Of a stretch of 64,000 nt of DNA, positions 47,489-56,947 are shown piece by piece; position 1 is the first letter of the stretch; each line of letters begins with the position of its first letter. The notes below the pieces were generated by a model. That model was not told the origin of the DNA and ran no database searches. It saw nothing but the letters and a program-made list of their open reading frames with translations. Source of the stretch: a bacterium (GTDB lineage: Bacteria; Patescibacteriota; Minisyncoccia; Moranbacterales; UBA1568); the NCBI GenBank assembly GCA_021821305.1, contig JAKACP010000001.1, positions 748,421-812,420 of the forward strand, given 5' to 3'. The translations under genes were made by a program, and so were the position numbers.

Positions 47489-49237
47489 CTACTCCTTCGT
47501 CACGCGGAGGATCTCCTCGATGGTCGTGATACCCTGGACGGCCTTGCAGAACCCGTCCTCGGACATCTTCGACATACCGTTCTTCTTCGCCTCCGCCTCG
47601 ATCACCTCCGACGTCGCGGACTGGGTCACGAGCTTGCGGATATTCGTCTCCATCGCGAGCACCTCGTAGACGCCGACCCGGCCGCGGTACCCTTCGCCGC
47701 CGCACTGATCGCAGCCGACGGGCTTGTAGAACGTGAGGTCCGTGAGCGACTTCGCGTTTCCCATGACGTTCCTGATACTCTCCTGCGACCGGAGGTACGT
47801 GAAAATCTCACCGGTGTCGACGCTCTTCTCGAGCGCCTTCGCTTCGTCCGGATCGAGGGTATAGGGTTTCTTGCATTCCTGGCAGAGCTTGCGCGCGAGC
47901 CGCTGGGCGATGATGATGTTGACCGTCGAAGCGATCAGGAACGGCTCGGCGCCCATGTCGAGCATGCGCGGAAGCGTCGCGGCGGCGCTGTTGGTATGGA
48001 GTGTCGAGAGCACGAGGTGTCCGGTCATCGCGGCGTGGAGCGCGATCTCGAGGGTCTCCTCGTCACGGATCTCGCCGACCATGAGGATGTCCGGGTCCTG
48101 CCGGAGCAACGAGCGGAGCGCGGCCGCGAAAGTCATCCCGACCTTCGGATTGATCTGCGTCTGATTCACGCGCGGCATCCGGTATTCCACCGGATCCTCG
48201 ACGGTCGAGATGTTCACCTCCGGGGTATTGAGGATATCCATGATGGTGTAGAGCGTCGTCGTCTTGCCGGAGCCCGTCGGACCGGTGACGAGGATGATGC
48301 CGTTGGGCTTCTTGATCTCGCGGTGCACGACCTCGAGCGATTCGCCGACGAGCCCCATCTTCTCGAGCGTGAGCCCCTTCGCGGATTCGTCGAGGAGACG
48401 CATGACGATCTTTTCCCCGTCGAACACGGGCAGCATGGAGACGCGGAAGGAGATCTTGTAGTCGTCCTTCTCGATCTTGAAGCGGCCGTCCTGCGGGGAA
48501 CGGTGCTCGTCGAGCTTGAGATTCGAGAGCACCTTGATGCGCGCCACGATGCCGGCCGCGGCGTCCTTGGGCAGGGTCATAGCGTCATGAAGCACGCCGT
48601 CGATCCGGTAGCGGACGCGGACCTCCTTCTCATCGGGCTCGATGTGGATATCGGAGGCGGATTGGAGGATCGCATGTTTGAGGAGGGTGTCCACGATACG
48701 GACGACGGGCAGATCCGTCGCCATCTTCTCGAGATTGCCGTGGTCATCACCTTCCTTGGGATTCTCCGCGGTGATCTCGAGCATGTCGCCGAATTCGGCC
48801 TTGAGACTCTTCTCGTAGGATCGGAGCGTCGCTTGGATGCTTTCCCTCGTCGTGAGGCACGGGACGATCTTCAGTCCGCTCTTCTTCTTGATGAAGTCGA
48901 TCGTCTGGAGATCCTCCGGGTTGAGCATGGCGACCTTGAGGTTCTGCCCCTGTTTCTCGAACGAGACGATATTGTATTTGCGGGCGATCGGCTCGGGCAC
49001 GATCTGGAGGATGTCGAGCGGGACGGCCTCCTTGGTAAGGTCGACGAACGGGATGCCGAGCACGTAGGCATAGACCTTCTGGAGGCCCGCCTCATCGATC
49101 AGTTTCGATGCGAGAAGGGTTTCGCCGAGCTTCTTCTGCTGTTTCACGGCCTCCGCCGCCGCTTCCTCGAGCTTGTCCTTGGGGACGAGATTCGAGTCGA
49201 GGAGAAACAGCTTCAACTGGTCATCGGTGATTCTCAT
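47489..49237 (-). CDS. pilB: type IV pilus assembly ATPase PilB / GspE-family secretion ATPase
   Basis: N-terminal GSPII_E_N-like domain, GPTGSGKTTT Walker A, Asp box, His box, tetracysteine CDQCGGEGYRGRVGVYE. Extended -10 (TGATATAAT) at 49284-49292. Confidence 0.9.
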   Translation of the reverse strand: MRITDDQLKLFLLDSNLVPKDKLEEAAAEAVKQQKKLGETLLASKLIDEAGLQKVYAYVLGIPFVDLTKEAVPLDILQIVPEPIARKYNIVSFEKQGQNLKVAMLNPEDLQTIDFIKKKSGLKIVPCLTTRESIQATLRSYEKSLKAEFGDMLEITAENPKEGDDHGNLEKMATDLPVVRIVDTLLKHAILQSASDIHIEPDEKEVRVRYRIDGVLHDAMTLPKDAAAGIVARIKVLSNLKLDEHRSPQDGRFKIEKDDYKISFRVSMLPVFDGEKIVMRLLDESAKGLTLEKMGLVGESLEVVHREIKKPNGIILVTGPTGSGKTTTLYTIMDILNTPEVNISTVEDPVEYRMPRVNQTQINPKVGMTFAAALRSLLRQDPDILMVGEIRDEETLEIALHAAMTGHLVLSTLHTNSAAATLPRMLDMGAEPFLIASTVNIIIAQRLARKLCQECKKPYTLDPDEAKALEKSVDTGEIFTYLRSQESIRNVMGNAKSLTDLTFYKPVGCDQCGGEGYRGRVGVYEVLAMETNIRKLVTQSATSEVIEAEAKKNGMSKMSEDGFCKAVQGITTIEEILRVTKE

Positions 49238-49408
49238 ATTTTCGGTGTGTGTTTTTCGCTTCCATCCGCGACGGTACGATTTCATTATATCACACGTAAC
49301 GGACAGAAAAAGACCGCCCCTGTCCGGGACGGCCCTTTTTCCGAGGAGCGCGTTTTCGCCATCAGCCTCTGTCACCCTATCGATCTGCTCACGATTCTCT
49401 GAACAGAA

Positions 49409-51058
49409 TCACATCATTCCGCCCATGTCCATGCCGCCGCCATGGGGGTGTTCCTTCTTCTCCTCGGGAAGGTCGACGATCGCCGCCTCGGTGGTGAGGA
49501 GCAATGCCGCGACCGATACCGCGTTCTCGAGCGCGGTCCGCGTCACCTTCAAGGGATCGATGATCCCCGCCTTCACCATGTCCTCCTCGTACGTGTCATT
49601 CGAGGCGTTGTAGCCGAAATTGACGCCTTTTGCCTCGACCACCTTGGCCAGGACGACCGCCGGATCCTGTTCGCCCGCGTTCGCGGCGATCTGCCGCAAC
49701 GGGTCGGAAAGGGCGCGCAGGAGCGTCTCATAGCCCGCCTTGTACTCGTGGCTCTCATATTCCTTCTTCGCGTGGGCCAACGACACGGCCGCCGCCGCCT
49801 TGGCGAGCGCGGTCCCACCGCCGGCGACGATGCCCTCCTCGATCGCCGCGCGGGTCGCGTTCACCGCGTCCTCCATCTTATGCTTCATGTAGGTGAGCTC
49901 GGTCTCGGTCGAAGCGCCCACACGGATCACCGCGACGCCGCCCGAGAGTTTCGCCATGCGCTTCTTGGACTTGTCACGGTCGTATTCGCTCTCCGTCCGG
50001 TCGGCCTGCGCCCGGATCTCCGCGACGCGCGCGTCGATATCCTTCTTCTTCCCCTTGCCACCGACGATGGTCGTGTCGTCCTTGGTCGCGATCACCTTGG
50101 AGGCGCGGCCGAGCTGGTCGATCGTCGCCGCCTCGAGTTTCATCCCGGTCTCCTCCGAGATCACGGTAGCGCCGGTCAGGATCGCGATATCGCGAAGCAT
50201 CGCCTTCTTGTTCTCGCCGAACTCCGGCGCCTTGACCGCGAGCACGGAGAGCACGCCGCGAAGCCGGTTCACCACGAGCGTCGCGAGCGCCTCGCCGTCC
50301 ACGTCCTCGGCGATGATGACGATATCCTTCTTGCCCGACTGCGCGAGCGCGTTCAGTATCGGCACGATGTCATTGATGGCCGATATCTTCCGGTCGGTGA
50401 TGAGGATGTACGGATCGTTCACCTCCGCCGTCTGCGCTTCCGCGTCGGTCATCATATACGGCGAGATATAGCCCTTGTCGAAATTCATGCCCTTCACGAT
50501 CTCCTTGGAGAGACCGAGGGTATTGGACTGCTCGGTCGTCACGACGCCGTCCGATCCCACTTCATCGATCACCGACGCGATCATCTCGCCCATCTCGCGC
50601 GACTCCGCGGATATCGTCGCGACCTGCGTGATCTCCGCCTGGGACGAGATCTTCTTCGAATTCTTGGCGAGTACCGCCGTCACTTCCCGGAGCGCGCCTT
50701 CCATGCCCCGGCGGATGCCGATCGGATTGATGCCGGTCTCGACGAACTTGAGCCCCTCGCGGATGAGCGCGGATGCCACGACGGTCGCCGTCGTCGTCCC
50801 GTCGCCCGCGATGTCATTGGTCTTCTCGGCGACCTGTTTGATGAGCTCGGCGCCGAGGTTCTCATACTTGTCGGGCAGTTCGACTTCCTTGGCGATGGAT
50901 ACGCCGTCGTTGGTGATGGTCGGTCCGCCGAACGACTTGCCCAGGATCACGTTGCGCCCCTTGGGCCCGAGCGTCATCCGGACCGCGTTCGCGACCTTGT
51001 CGACTCCGATCTTGATACGCTTGCGCGCATCCTCGCTGTAGGCGATCTGTTTTGGCAT
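49409..51058 (-). CDS. groEL: chaperonin GroEL (60 kDa), C-terminal GGM tail
   Basis: Full-length GroEL, ending ...GGGMDMGGMM. Confidence 0.97.
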   Translation of the reverse strand: MPKQIAYSEDARKRIKIGVDKVANAVRMTLGPKGRNVILGKSFGGPTITNDGVSIAKEVELPDKYENLGAELIKQVAEKTNDIAGDGTTTATVVASALIREGLKFVETGINPIGIRRGMEGALREVTAVLAKNSKKISSQAEITQVATISAESREMGEMIASVIDEVGSDGVVTTEQSNTLGLSKEIVKGMNFDKGYISPYMMTDAEAQTAEVNDPYILITDRKISAINDIVPILNALAQSGKKDIVIIAEDVDGEALATLVVNRLRGVLSVLAVKAPEFGENKKAMLRDIAILTGATVISEETGMKLEAATIDQLGRASKVIATKDDTTIVGGKGKKKDIDARVAEIRAQADRTESEYDRDKSKKRMAKLSGGVAVIRVGASTETELTYMKHKMEDAVNATRAAIEEGIVAGGGTALAKAAAAVSLAHAKKEYESHEYKAGYETLLRALSDPLRQIAANAGEQDPAVVLAKVVEAKGVNFGYNASNDTYEEDMVKAGIIDPLKVTRTALENAVSVAALLLTTEAAIVDLPEEKKEHPHGGGMDMGGMM

Positions 51059-51081
51059 AATATCGTGTCGTTACGTGTTAG

Positions 51082-51108
51082 TTGGCACTCTCAGTTGATG
51101 ATTGCCAA
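51082..51108. promoter_or_regulatory. CIRCE-like inverted repeat (TTGGCACTC-N9-GATTGCCAA), HrcA operator candidate
   Basis: 9-N9-9 inverted repeat matching TTAGCACTC-N9-GAGTGCTAA at 15/18 positions. Located between the groEL -10 and the start codon. Confidence 0.65.
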
Positions 51109-51111
51109 TCC

Positions 51112-51140
51112 ATTCTAGAAACTTCCTTCTCCTCTGTCAA
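51112..51140 (-). promoter_or_regulatory. groEL promoter TTGACA-17-TAGAAT
   Basis: Reverse strand ttgaca (51140-51135), 17-nt spacer, tagaat (51117-51112). The -35 abuts/overlaps the end of repeat copy C. Confidence 0.6.
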
Positions 51141-51272
51141 GAAAACACAAACGGCCAGAACACAAACATCCAAAGAAAACACGGATTACAAACGGGATCC
51201 TGTTTGTGCTTTTGTTTTTTGTGTTTTTTTTGGCTTTTTGCGCACTGTGTTTTGTGTTTTCATTTTCAAGAT
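51141..51272. repeat. intergenic imperfect-palindromic repeat, copy C
   Basis: GAAAACACAAAC...GAACACAAACATCCAAA (shared with copy A), GGATCC-centred inner palindrome (shared with copy B), core TTGGCTTTTTGCGCACTGTGTTTTGTGTTTTC. Between the ychF stop and the groEL promoter. Confidence 0.7.
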
Positions 51273-52325
51273 TCATATCTTGAAAACGATGACATCCCCG
51301 TCCGCCACGACATAGTCCTTGCCTTCAAGTCGCAAGGTCCCCTCCTCGCGCGCGGCGGCCCAGGAGCCCGCGGCGATGAGCGCCTCGTAGCCGACCACCT
51401 CGGCGCGGATGAATTTCTCCTCGAAATCGCCGTGGATCGCGGCGCCGGCCTGCGGCGCGGTCGAACCCTGGCGTATCGTCCAGGCGCGCGTCTCCACCTC
51501 GCCGGTCGTGAAAAACGTCTCGAGACCGAGGAGCGAGTATGCCTCACGGATGAGTTCTCCGAGCCGCGAGACCATGCCGAGTTCCGCCGCTTCCTCGGCC
51601 GTCATCGTCCCGAGCTCCTCCTCGAGTTTGATATCGAGCCGGACATGCGGGAGGGCGGCGAGTTCCGCTGGAAGCGCGGCATCCGTATCGCTCATATTGT
51701 AGACATAGAGGAATGGTTTCGCCGTGAGAAGCGAGAGTCCTTTCATGAATCTCCCCGACTCTTCCGCATCGCCCGAAAGCGCGACCGTATTCGCGAGCCG
51801 CCCGACCTCCAGCACGGATTCTATCTCCTCGAGCCATTTCATCTCCTGTTCGGCGCCCTTGGCCCGGGCGCGCACGTCCTTGACGGTCTTTTCCTTGCGC
51901 CGGATCACCGTCTCGAGGTCGGCCAACACGAGCTCGGTGTTCACGATATCGATGTCCTCCTTCGGATCGACACGGTTGTGGACGTGGATGATATTGCCGT
52001 TCTCGAATACGCGCACCACCTGGACGATCGCATCCACCTCGCGGATGTTCGCGAGGAACTTGTTGCCGAGACCCTCGCCCTCCGACGCGCCCTTGACCAG
52101 CCCGGCGATATCGACGAATTCGAATACGGCAGGGATGAGCTTCTTGCTCCCGGAAAGCGCGGACAATGCGGCGAGCCGCGCGTCCGGAACCTCGACGACG
52201 CCGACATTGGGCTCGATCGTGCAGAAGGGATAGTTGTTGATATCGACCTGTTTCTTGGTCAACGCCGAAAACAGGGTCGATTTCCCCACGTTCGGAAGTC
52301 CGACGATACCGGCTTTCAGTGCCAT
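51273..52325 (-). CDS. ychF: ribosome-binding ATPase YchF (Obg-like GTPase family, C-terminal TGS/MoaD-like domain)
   Basis: [15 protein letters not shown]1 motif, NxxE/YchF signature, C-terminal TGS-like domain. Confidence 0.9.
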   Translation of the reverse strand: MALKAGIVGLPNVGKSTLFSALTKKQVDINNYPFCTIEPNVGVVEVPDARLAALSALSGSKKLIPAVFEFVDIAGLVKGASEGEGLGNKFLANIREVDAIVQVVRVFENGNIIHVHNRVDPKEDIDIVNTELVLADLETVIRRKEKTVKDVRARAKGAEQEMKWLEEIESVLEVGRLANTVALSGDAEESGRFMKGLSLLTAKPFLYVYNMSDTDAALPAELAALPHVRLDIKLEEELGTMTAEEAAELGMVSRLGELIREAYSLLGLETFFTTGEVETRAWTIRQGSTAPQAGAAIHGDFEEKFIRAEVVGYEALIAAGSWAAAREEGTLRLEGKDYVVADGDVIVFKI

Positions 52326-52327
52326 AT

Positions 52328-52582
52328 TTACCCTGTGAAATACGATTTGAGCCTATTTCTCAAAAACATCTTTCCTTTATAACTTTTTAGATATTTTTCC
52401 CTATGGGTAGCATCCTGTTGGAACAAACATGCCTCGTAGTAAATCAGCTTCAGGGGTCTACGATCTTTAGTTGATGGAACCAGACCCTTATTGTGCCGCT
52501 CAAATCGTAATTGCAAATCCTTAGTGTATCCTGTGTACATCTTTCCATCTTTTTTACTTAACAACACATATGTATAAAACAT
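52328..52582 (-). CDS. small stand-alone GIY-YIG nuclease-domain protein (UPF0213/YhbQ-like, 84 aa) in a low-GC patch
   Basis: YVLLSKKDGKMYTGYTKDLQLRFERHN GIY-YIG motif. Local GC is far below that of the surrounding window (52326-52790). Confidence 0.75.
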   Translation of the reverse strand: MFYTYVLLSKKDGKMYTGYTKDLQLRFERHNKGLVPSTKDRRPLKLIYYEACLFQQDATHREKYLKSYKGKMFLRNRLKSYFTG

Positions 52583-52790
52583 ATGAACAGGATTTGCAAT
52601 ATTTCACAGGGCAGGCAAGATATTCCCTTATTCTGCCAAAAAAAAGCCTTTCGGTCAACAAAAAAGAGCGGCTATCCGAAGATATCGCCGCCCTTCACGA
52701 TCGCGCGAAAAAAAAGACTGATCTTTGCCGCAGACTCTCTTGTCGAGAATATGCGGAAAAATCAGTCTGTCATGAAGCCTACGCGAAGTG

Positions 52791-53756
52791 TTACTTCACG
52801 GCTTCGAGCTTCTTGCCATTCCCTTCGGCCGACGGCGGCATCGAACTTTTCACCAGTTCCTGGAAATACGCGGCGAATTCGCTGTCGCTGAACGGCGTGC
52901 CCGCTTCCGGAGTCTTCGGTTTCCCGAGCACCCAGTAGGTGGCGCCGATGCGTCCGTCAGGATGCGTGGAGGCCGCGCTCTTGGAAAATGCCGCCGCCAG
53001 ACCGAGAACCGCCCCCAGGGCAGGATTGCTGCTGCCGACGATGCCTGCCGCGGCGCCGCCGAGGGAAAAGCCGTTGCCTTCCGTGCCCACACCGAGTGCC
53101 GTACCGATCGACTGCTCCGGAGAAACGATATAGATCTCCGAATAGCCTTCCAGGTTGTTGAAGACATACTTCACCGTGTCGTCACGTACGACGTTGATGT
53201 TCACCTTGCTTTCCGAGCCCTTTTCGGCCGTCGTCATGATGACGCCGATGCACACGTAGTTGCCGGAAGCCGCAGGAAAGCGCGGAAGTACCCGCGCAGG
53301 CGAGCCGCTCCCGGCGCGCTTTTTCTTGTAGTCCGGGTAGGACGTGAACACGACTTCGGTCTTGCCGCTCCAGCCGGCACCCGCATCGGTATACGAGTCG
53401 TTTCCTTTTGTATATTCCGGCTGGCACTTCTTCTCGAAGTACATGCTCGGAGCGATGTTGTTGATGTTGGTCGGATTCGACAACGGGCCGAAGCTGAACA
53501 CCTGGGGTGTCGGAACCCCGACGCCCGGCATGCCGGGCAACGTCACGGGAATATCCGTACCCTCGCTGTTGAACTGCTGGTCGACATTGGCTCCCGCGAT
53601 ACCGAAGCCGCCGACATTGTTGCTTTGAGCGCCGATGGCGGCGGATCCTGAGACAGCCGTCGAACCGGATGTCGCCGTATTGTCCGCAAGGACGGTTCCG
53701 GCGGTCAGGAAACAGGATATCGCTATGAGCGACAGGGAAAGAGAACGTTTTTGCAT
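52791..53756 (-). CDS. secreted hypothetical protein (signal peptide; G/S/T-rich N-region), 321 aa
   Basis: MQKRSLSLSLIAISCFLTAGTVLA signal peptide. No family recognised. Confidence 0.55.
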   Translation of the reverse strand: MQKRSLSLSLIAISCFLTAGTVLADNTATSGSTAVSGSAAIGAQSNNVGGFGIAGANVDQQFNSEGTDIPVTLPGMPGVGVPTPQVFSFGPLSNPTNINNIAPSMYFEKKCQPEYTKGNDSYTDAGAGWSGKTEVVFTSYPDYKKKRAGSGSPARVLPRFPAASGNYVCIGVIMTTAEKGSESKVNINVVRDDTVKYVFNNLEGYSEIYIVSPEQSIGTALGVGTEGNGFSLGGAAAGIVGSSNPALGAVLGLAAAFSKSAASTHPDGRIGATYWVLGKPKTPEAGTPFSDSEFAAYFQELVKSSMPPSAEGNGKKLEAVK

Positions 53757-53887
53757 GACGGAATTGCTCCTCTATTATCTTGTTCAAGCAAGAAAAGAGG
53801 GTCAAGGGAATGTGTTCTTCCCCTGACCCTTTTGTTTCTGACCTCAGACCGAGACAGTCTCAGTTTAAAAGGTCATCGGCCCCTGCT

Positions 53888-54304
53888 TCAGAACCAGGAC
53901 GAGTATGCCATGCCGCCGGCGCCAGCGCCGGCGGTGCTCATCGCGGTACCGTTCATGACACCTGCGAACGAGCCGGTCATCGAACCTGCGGTCGTACCGG
54001 AGGAGCCACCGGACTGGTAGGCCATAGCGCCCGAAGTCGCGGTTCCCGAGGTAGTGCCCAGAGCGCCCATCACGTTGCCGCCGGTCATGCCTGCGGCATG
54101 AACCTGCGTCGCACCGGTCCAGGACATCGTTTGGGAACCGCCTTGATAGCCGGCGTTGAAGCCGCCTTGCCCGTGAAGGACGGAGGCCCCACCGTCGATG
54201 CCGCCGGAGACCCACGAGTTGCCGGCCGCAATCGATGCGGAGGCGGCGAGGACGAGGGCGAGAGCGCTGATGCCACTGATCACGTTCTTGATGCTTTTCT
54301 TCAT
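53888..54304 (-). CDS. small secreted Gly/Ser/Thr/Ala-rich low-complexity protein (138 aa)
   Basis: GAAGGGA SD. MKKSIKNVISGISALALVLAASASIAA signal peptide, then GGxxG-rich low complexity. Confidence 0.5.
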   Translation of the reverse strand: MKKSIKNVISGISALALVLAASASIAAGNSWVSGGIDGGASVLHGQGGFNAGYQGGSQTMSWTGATQVHAAGMTGGNVMGALGTTSGTATSGAMAYQSGGSSGTTAGSMTGSFAGVMNGTAMSTAGAGAGGMAYSSWF

Positions 54305-54598
54305 TTTGTATTTCCCTTCAGTTGGTTGAACGAACGATAACGACAAAGACGCGACCCTTCTCAAAACAGAACTTTTTTTTTCCTGTCGGAATGGACTGAA
54401 TTTTCAAAGAGCCGCTTGCACCGCTTAAAAAAAACAACGCTCCGAAGGAGCATCGTTCAATTCAGCGGTTTTCACACTTTAGCACACCAAGATATCCTTG
54501 TCAAGTCTCCATACTGCTTTTCTTCTGGACAATGCCTTCCGCATGAAGGAAACAATCGGCCTAAAAAACCGTATTTTGGCTATTAAAAGCCAATACTA

Positions 54599-54627
54599 TT
54601 GACAAGATACGGAAAACATGCTAGACT
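54599..54627 (+). promoter_or_regulatory. promoter TTGACA-17-TAGACT for the LysM-SLT gene, preceded by TTGGCT-N6-AGCCAA inverted repeat
   Basis: ttgaca at 54599-54604, tagact at 54622-54627. AAAGGAGGG SD at 54660-54668. Confidence 0.55.
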
Positions 54628-54674
54628 GTCCCTTCGGATCTTTCACAATTTTTCATCCGAAAGGAGGGCTTGAA

Positions 54675-55478
54675 ATGCTCAGATACGTCATGATTGTCCT
54701 GTGGCTCCTGATGTGCGCCCCGGCATCCGCCGCGGCCTACGTCGTGGAAAAGGGCGATACGCTCTCGCATATCGCCAAGCGCTTCGGCACGACCGTCGGA
54801 TCGCTCGTCGAGACCAACGGCATCGCCGACCCGGATCTCATCTTGGTCGGGCAGACGCTCGACATTCCATCATCAATCTCCACTCCGGAAAAATCTGTCG
54901 CGCAAGCGAAACAGAGTATTTATCCGGAGCCGACTGCGAAAGCAGCCACTCGGGATAAACACGCCGCTTCCTCTACCAATGCACCAACACAGCGCATTGC
55001 CAAGAAGAAGCACCGTGGCGTATCCCGCCACCCGGAAACCGCATTCAAACGCATCGATGCCATCGTGAAGGCATATGATCCGATCGTGGAACAAGCCTCG
55101 CTCCAATACGGAGTACCCAAACGATACATCTACGGACTCATCTATCATGAGTCGGGAGGCAACCCGTACGCCATCGGCGACCGCGGACGCTCCCGCGGAC
55201 TCATGCAGCTCCACGACCCCACGCGGATCAAGCTCGGCCTCACCAAGAAAGAGGCTCACGATCCGGCAAAGGCGATTCCCGCCGGAGCCCGATACCTGCG
55301 AGAACAGTACGACACGTTCGGCAAGGACCCTATCGCGGCCATCTCGGCCTACAACGCTCCGCTTCGCACGAAAAAGATGCTCGCGCGAGGAGCCGATCCG
55401 TCGAGTCGGGACTATGTCCGCAGGGTCAGAGCCGCCATGGATCTCTTCACGGAATACCATCGGGCCAAACAGGCCTGA
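54675..55478 (+). CDS. secreted LysM-domain lytic transglycosylase (LysM + SLT domain)
   Basis: Signal peptide. LysM (YVVEKGDTLSHIAKRFGTTVGSLVETNG). SLT catalytic motif (IYHESGGNPYAIG...GLMQL...AYNA). Confidence 0.85.
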   Translation: MLRYVMIVLWLLMCAPASAAAYVVEKGDTLSHIAKRFGTTVGSLVETNGIADPDLILVGQTLDIPSSISTPEKSVAQAKQSIYPEPTAKAATRDKHAASSTNAPTQRIAKKKHRGVSRHPETAFKRIDAIVKAYDPIVEQASLQYGVPKRYIYGLIYHESGGNPYAIGDRGRSRGLMQLHDPTRIKLGLTKKEAHDPAKAIPAGARYLREQYDTFGKDPIAAISAYNAPLRTKKMLARGADPSSRDYVRRVRAAMDLFTEYHRAKQA

Positions 55479-55594
55479 CGAAAGAATCGTCGCAAGCGGC
55501 GAAAGACCGAGCGACCCGAAAACCGCCATCCATAATGGACAAGGCGGTTTTTTCATACCCCGAAACATGCTAGAATAGGCGCGAAGGGAACCTC

Positions 55595-56947
55595 ATGAAT
55601 ACAACGTCTATGAACCCCGAAATCTTCAAGGCCTACGATATCCGCGGCATCTATCCGTCGGAAATGGACGAGGATACCGCATACCGCATCGGACGAGCTA
55701 CGGTCGAGCATTTCTCGCTCCGCTCGGTGGCCGTCGGCCGGGACATACGGACATCGAGCCCGGCCTTGTTCCGCGAGCTCGCGCGCGGGATCATGGATGC
55801 CGGGTGCGACATCCTGGATCTGGGACTCGTCACGACGCCGATGGTCTATTTCGCGGCGGGCCGGCTCGAGGTGGATGCGGCGATCTCGGTGACGGCCTCG
55901 CACAATCCCCCACAATACAACGGCATGAAGATCGCGCTCAAAGGCGCGCTCCCGGTCGGACTCGAGAGCGGCTTAGCCTCGATACGCGACATCGCTCTGC
56001 GTGGCGAGTTCGAGACGCCGGAACGGGTCGGAATCATGACCGAGCAGGATATCAAGCCCGCCTACTACAGCTATTTCGCCTCCTTCGCGGATATGCGGGA
56101 CAAGCGGTTCTCCGTCGTCATCGACACCGCGAACGCCATGGGCATACTCGAACTTCCGATTTACGACCAGTTCGCGGACAATGTCTCCGTCGTGAACCTC
56201 TACAACGACCTCACACGGCCGTTCGAGTGCCATGAGGCGAACCCGCTCAAGATCGAGACCATGGACGAGCTCCGGGAAAAGGTCATCGACACCGGCGCCG
56301 ACATCGGTATCGCCTACGACGGGGACGCCGACCGTATCGGCTTCGTCGACGAGCAGGGAACCCTCGTCCCCATGGACCTCGCGACCGCGCTCCTCGCGGA
56401 GATCATCCTCGCGAAAAAACCGGGAAGCACCATACTCTACGACCTCCGGTCGTCGCGCGCGGTCCGGGAGATCATCGAGGAAAACGGCGGACGGGCCCTC
56501 GAATGCCGGGTCGGCCACGCCAACATCAAGCGTCAGATGCGCACGGACGGAGCCGTCTTCGCGGGCGAGCTTTCCGGCCACTACTACTTCGAGGAGAACT
56601 CCTTCGCCGAAGCCGGGACGCTCCCCGCGATCCTCCTCCTCAACCTCATGGCCGAAACGGGGAAACCTCTCTCGGAACTCGTCAAGAAGACGCGCCGCTA
56701 CTTCCACTCCGGGGAAATAAACAGCGAGGTCGAGGACAAGGACGGCGTCCTCGCGACGCTCCGGGATCGGTACGCGGACGGGAGACAGCACGAGCTCGAC
56801 GGTCTCAAGGTCGAATACGACGACTGGTGGTTCAATGTCCGCCCGTCCAATACCGAACCCCTCCTCCGGCTCAACCTCGAGGCCGAGACGTCCGAGCTGA
56901 TGGAGGCGAAAAAATCCGAGCTCCTCGGTATCATCCGTGGGGAATAA
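55595..56947 (+). CDS. phosphoglucomutase/phosphomannomutase (alpha-D-phosphohexomutase family)
   Basis: Active-site ISVTASHNPPQYNGMK, metal-binding DGDADR, sugar-binding GELSGH-like motifs. Confidence 0.9.
   Translation: MNTTSMNPEIFKAYDIRGIYPSEMDEDTAYRIGRATVEHFSLRSVAVGRDIRTSSPALFRELARGIMDAGCDILDLGLVTTPMVYFAAGRLEVDAAISVTASHNPPQYNGMKIALKGALPVGLESGLASIRDIALRGEFETPERVGIMTEQDIKPAYYSYFASFADMRDKRFSVVIDTANAMGILELPIYDQFADNVSVVNLYNDLTRPFECHEANPLKIETMDELREKVIDTGADIGIAYDGDADRIGFVDEQGTLVPMDLATALLAEIILAKKPGSTILYDLRSSRAVREIIEENGGRALECRVGHANIKRQMRTDGAVFAGELSGHYYFEENSFAEAGTLPAILLLNLMAETGKPLSELVKKTRRYFHSGEINSEVEDKDGVLATLRDRYADGRQHELDGLKVEYDDWWFNVRPSNTEPLLRLNLEAETSELMEAKKSELLGIIRGE

Noticed and set aside
51059-51272. 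Search for groES immediately upstream of groEL
   Set aside because: No ORF of ~95 codons on the minus strand. The region is occupied by the promoter, CIRCE and repeat copy C.
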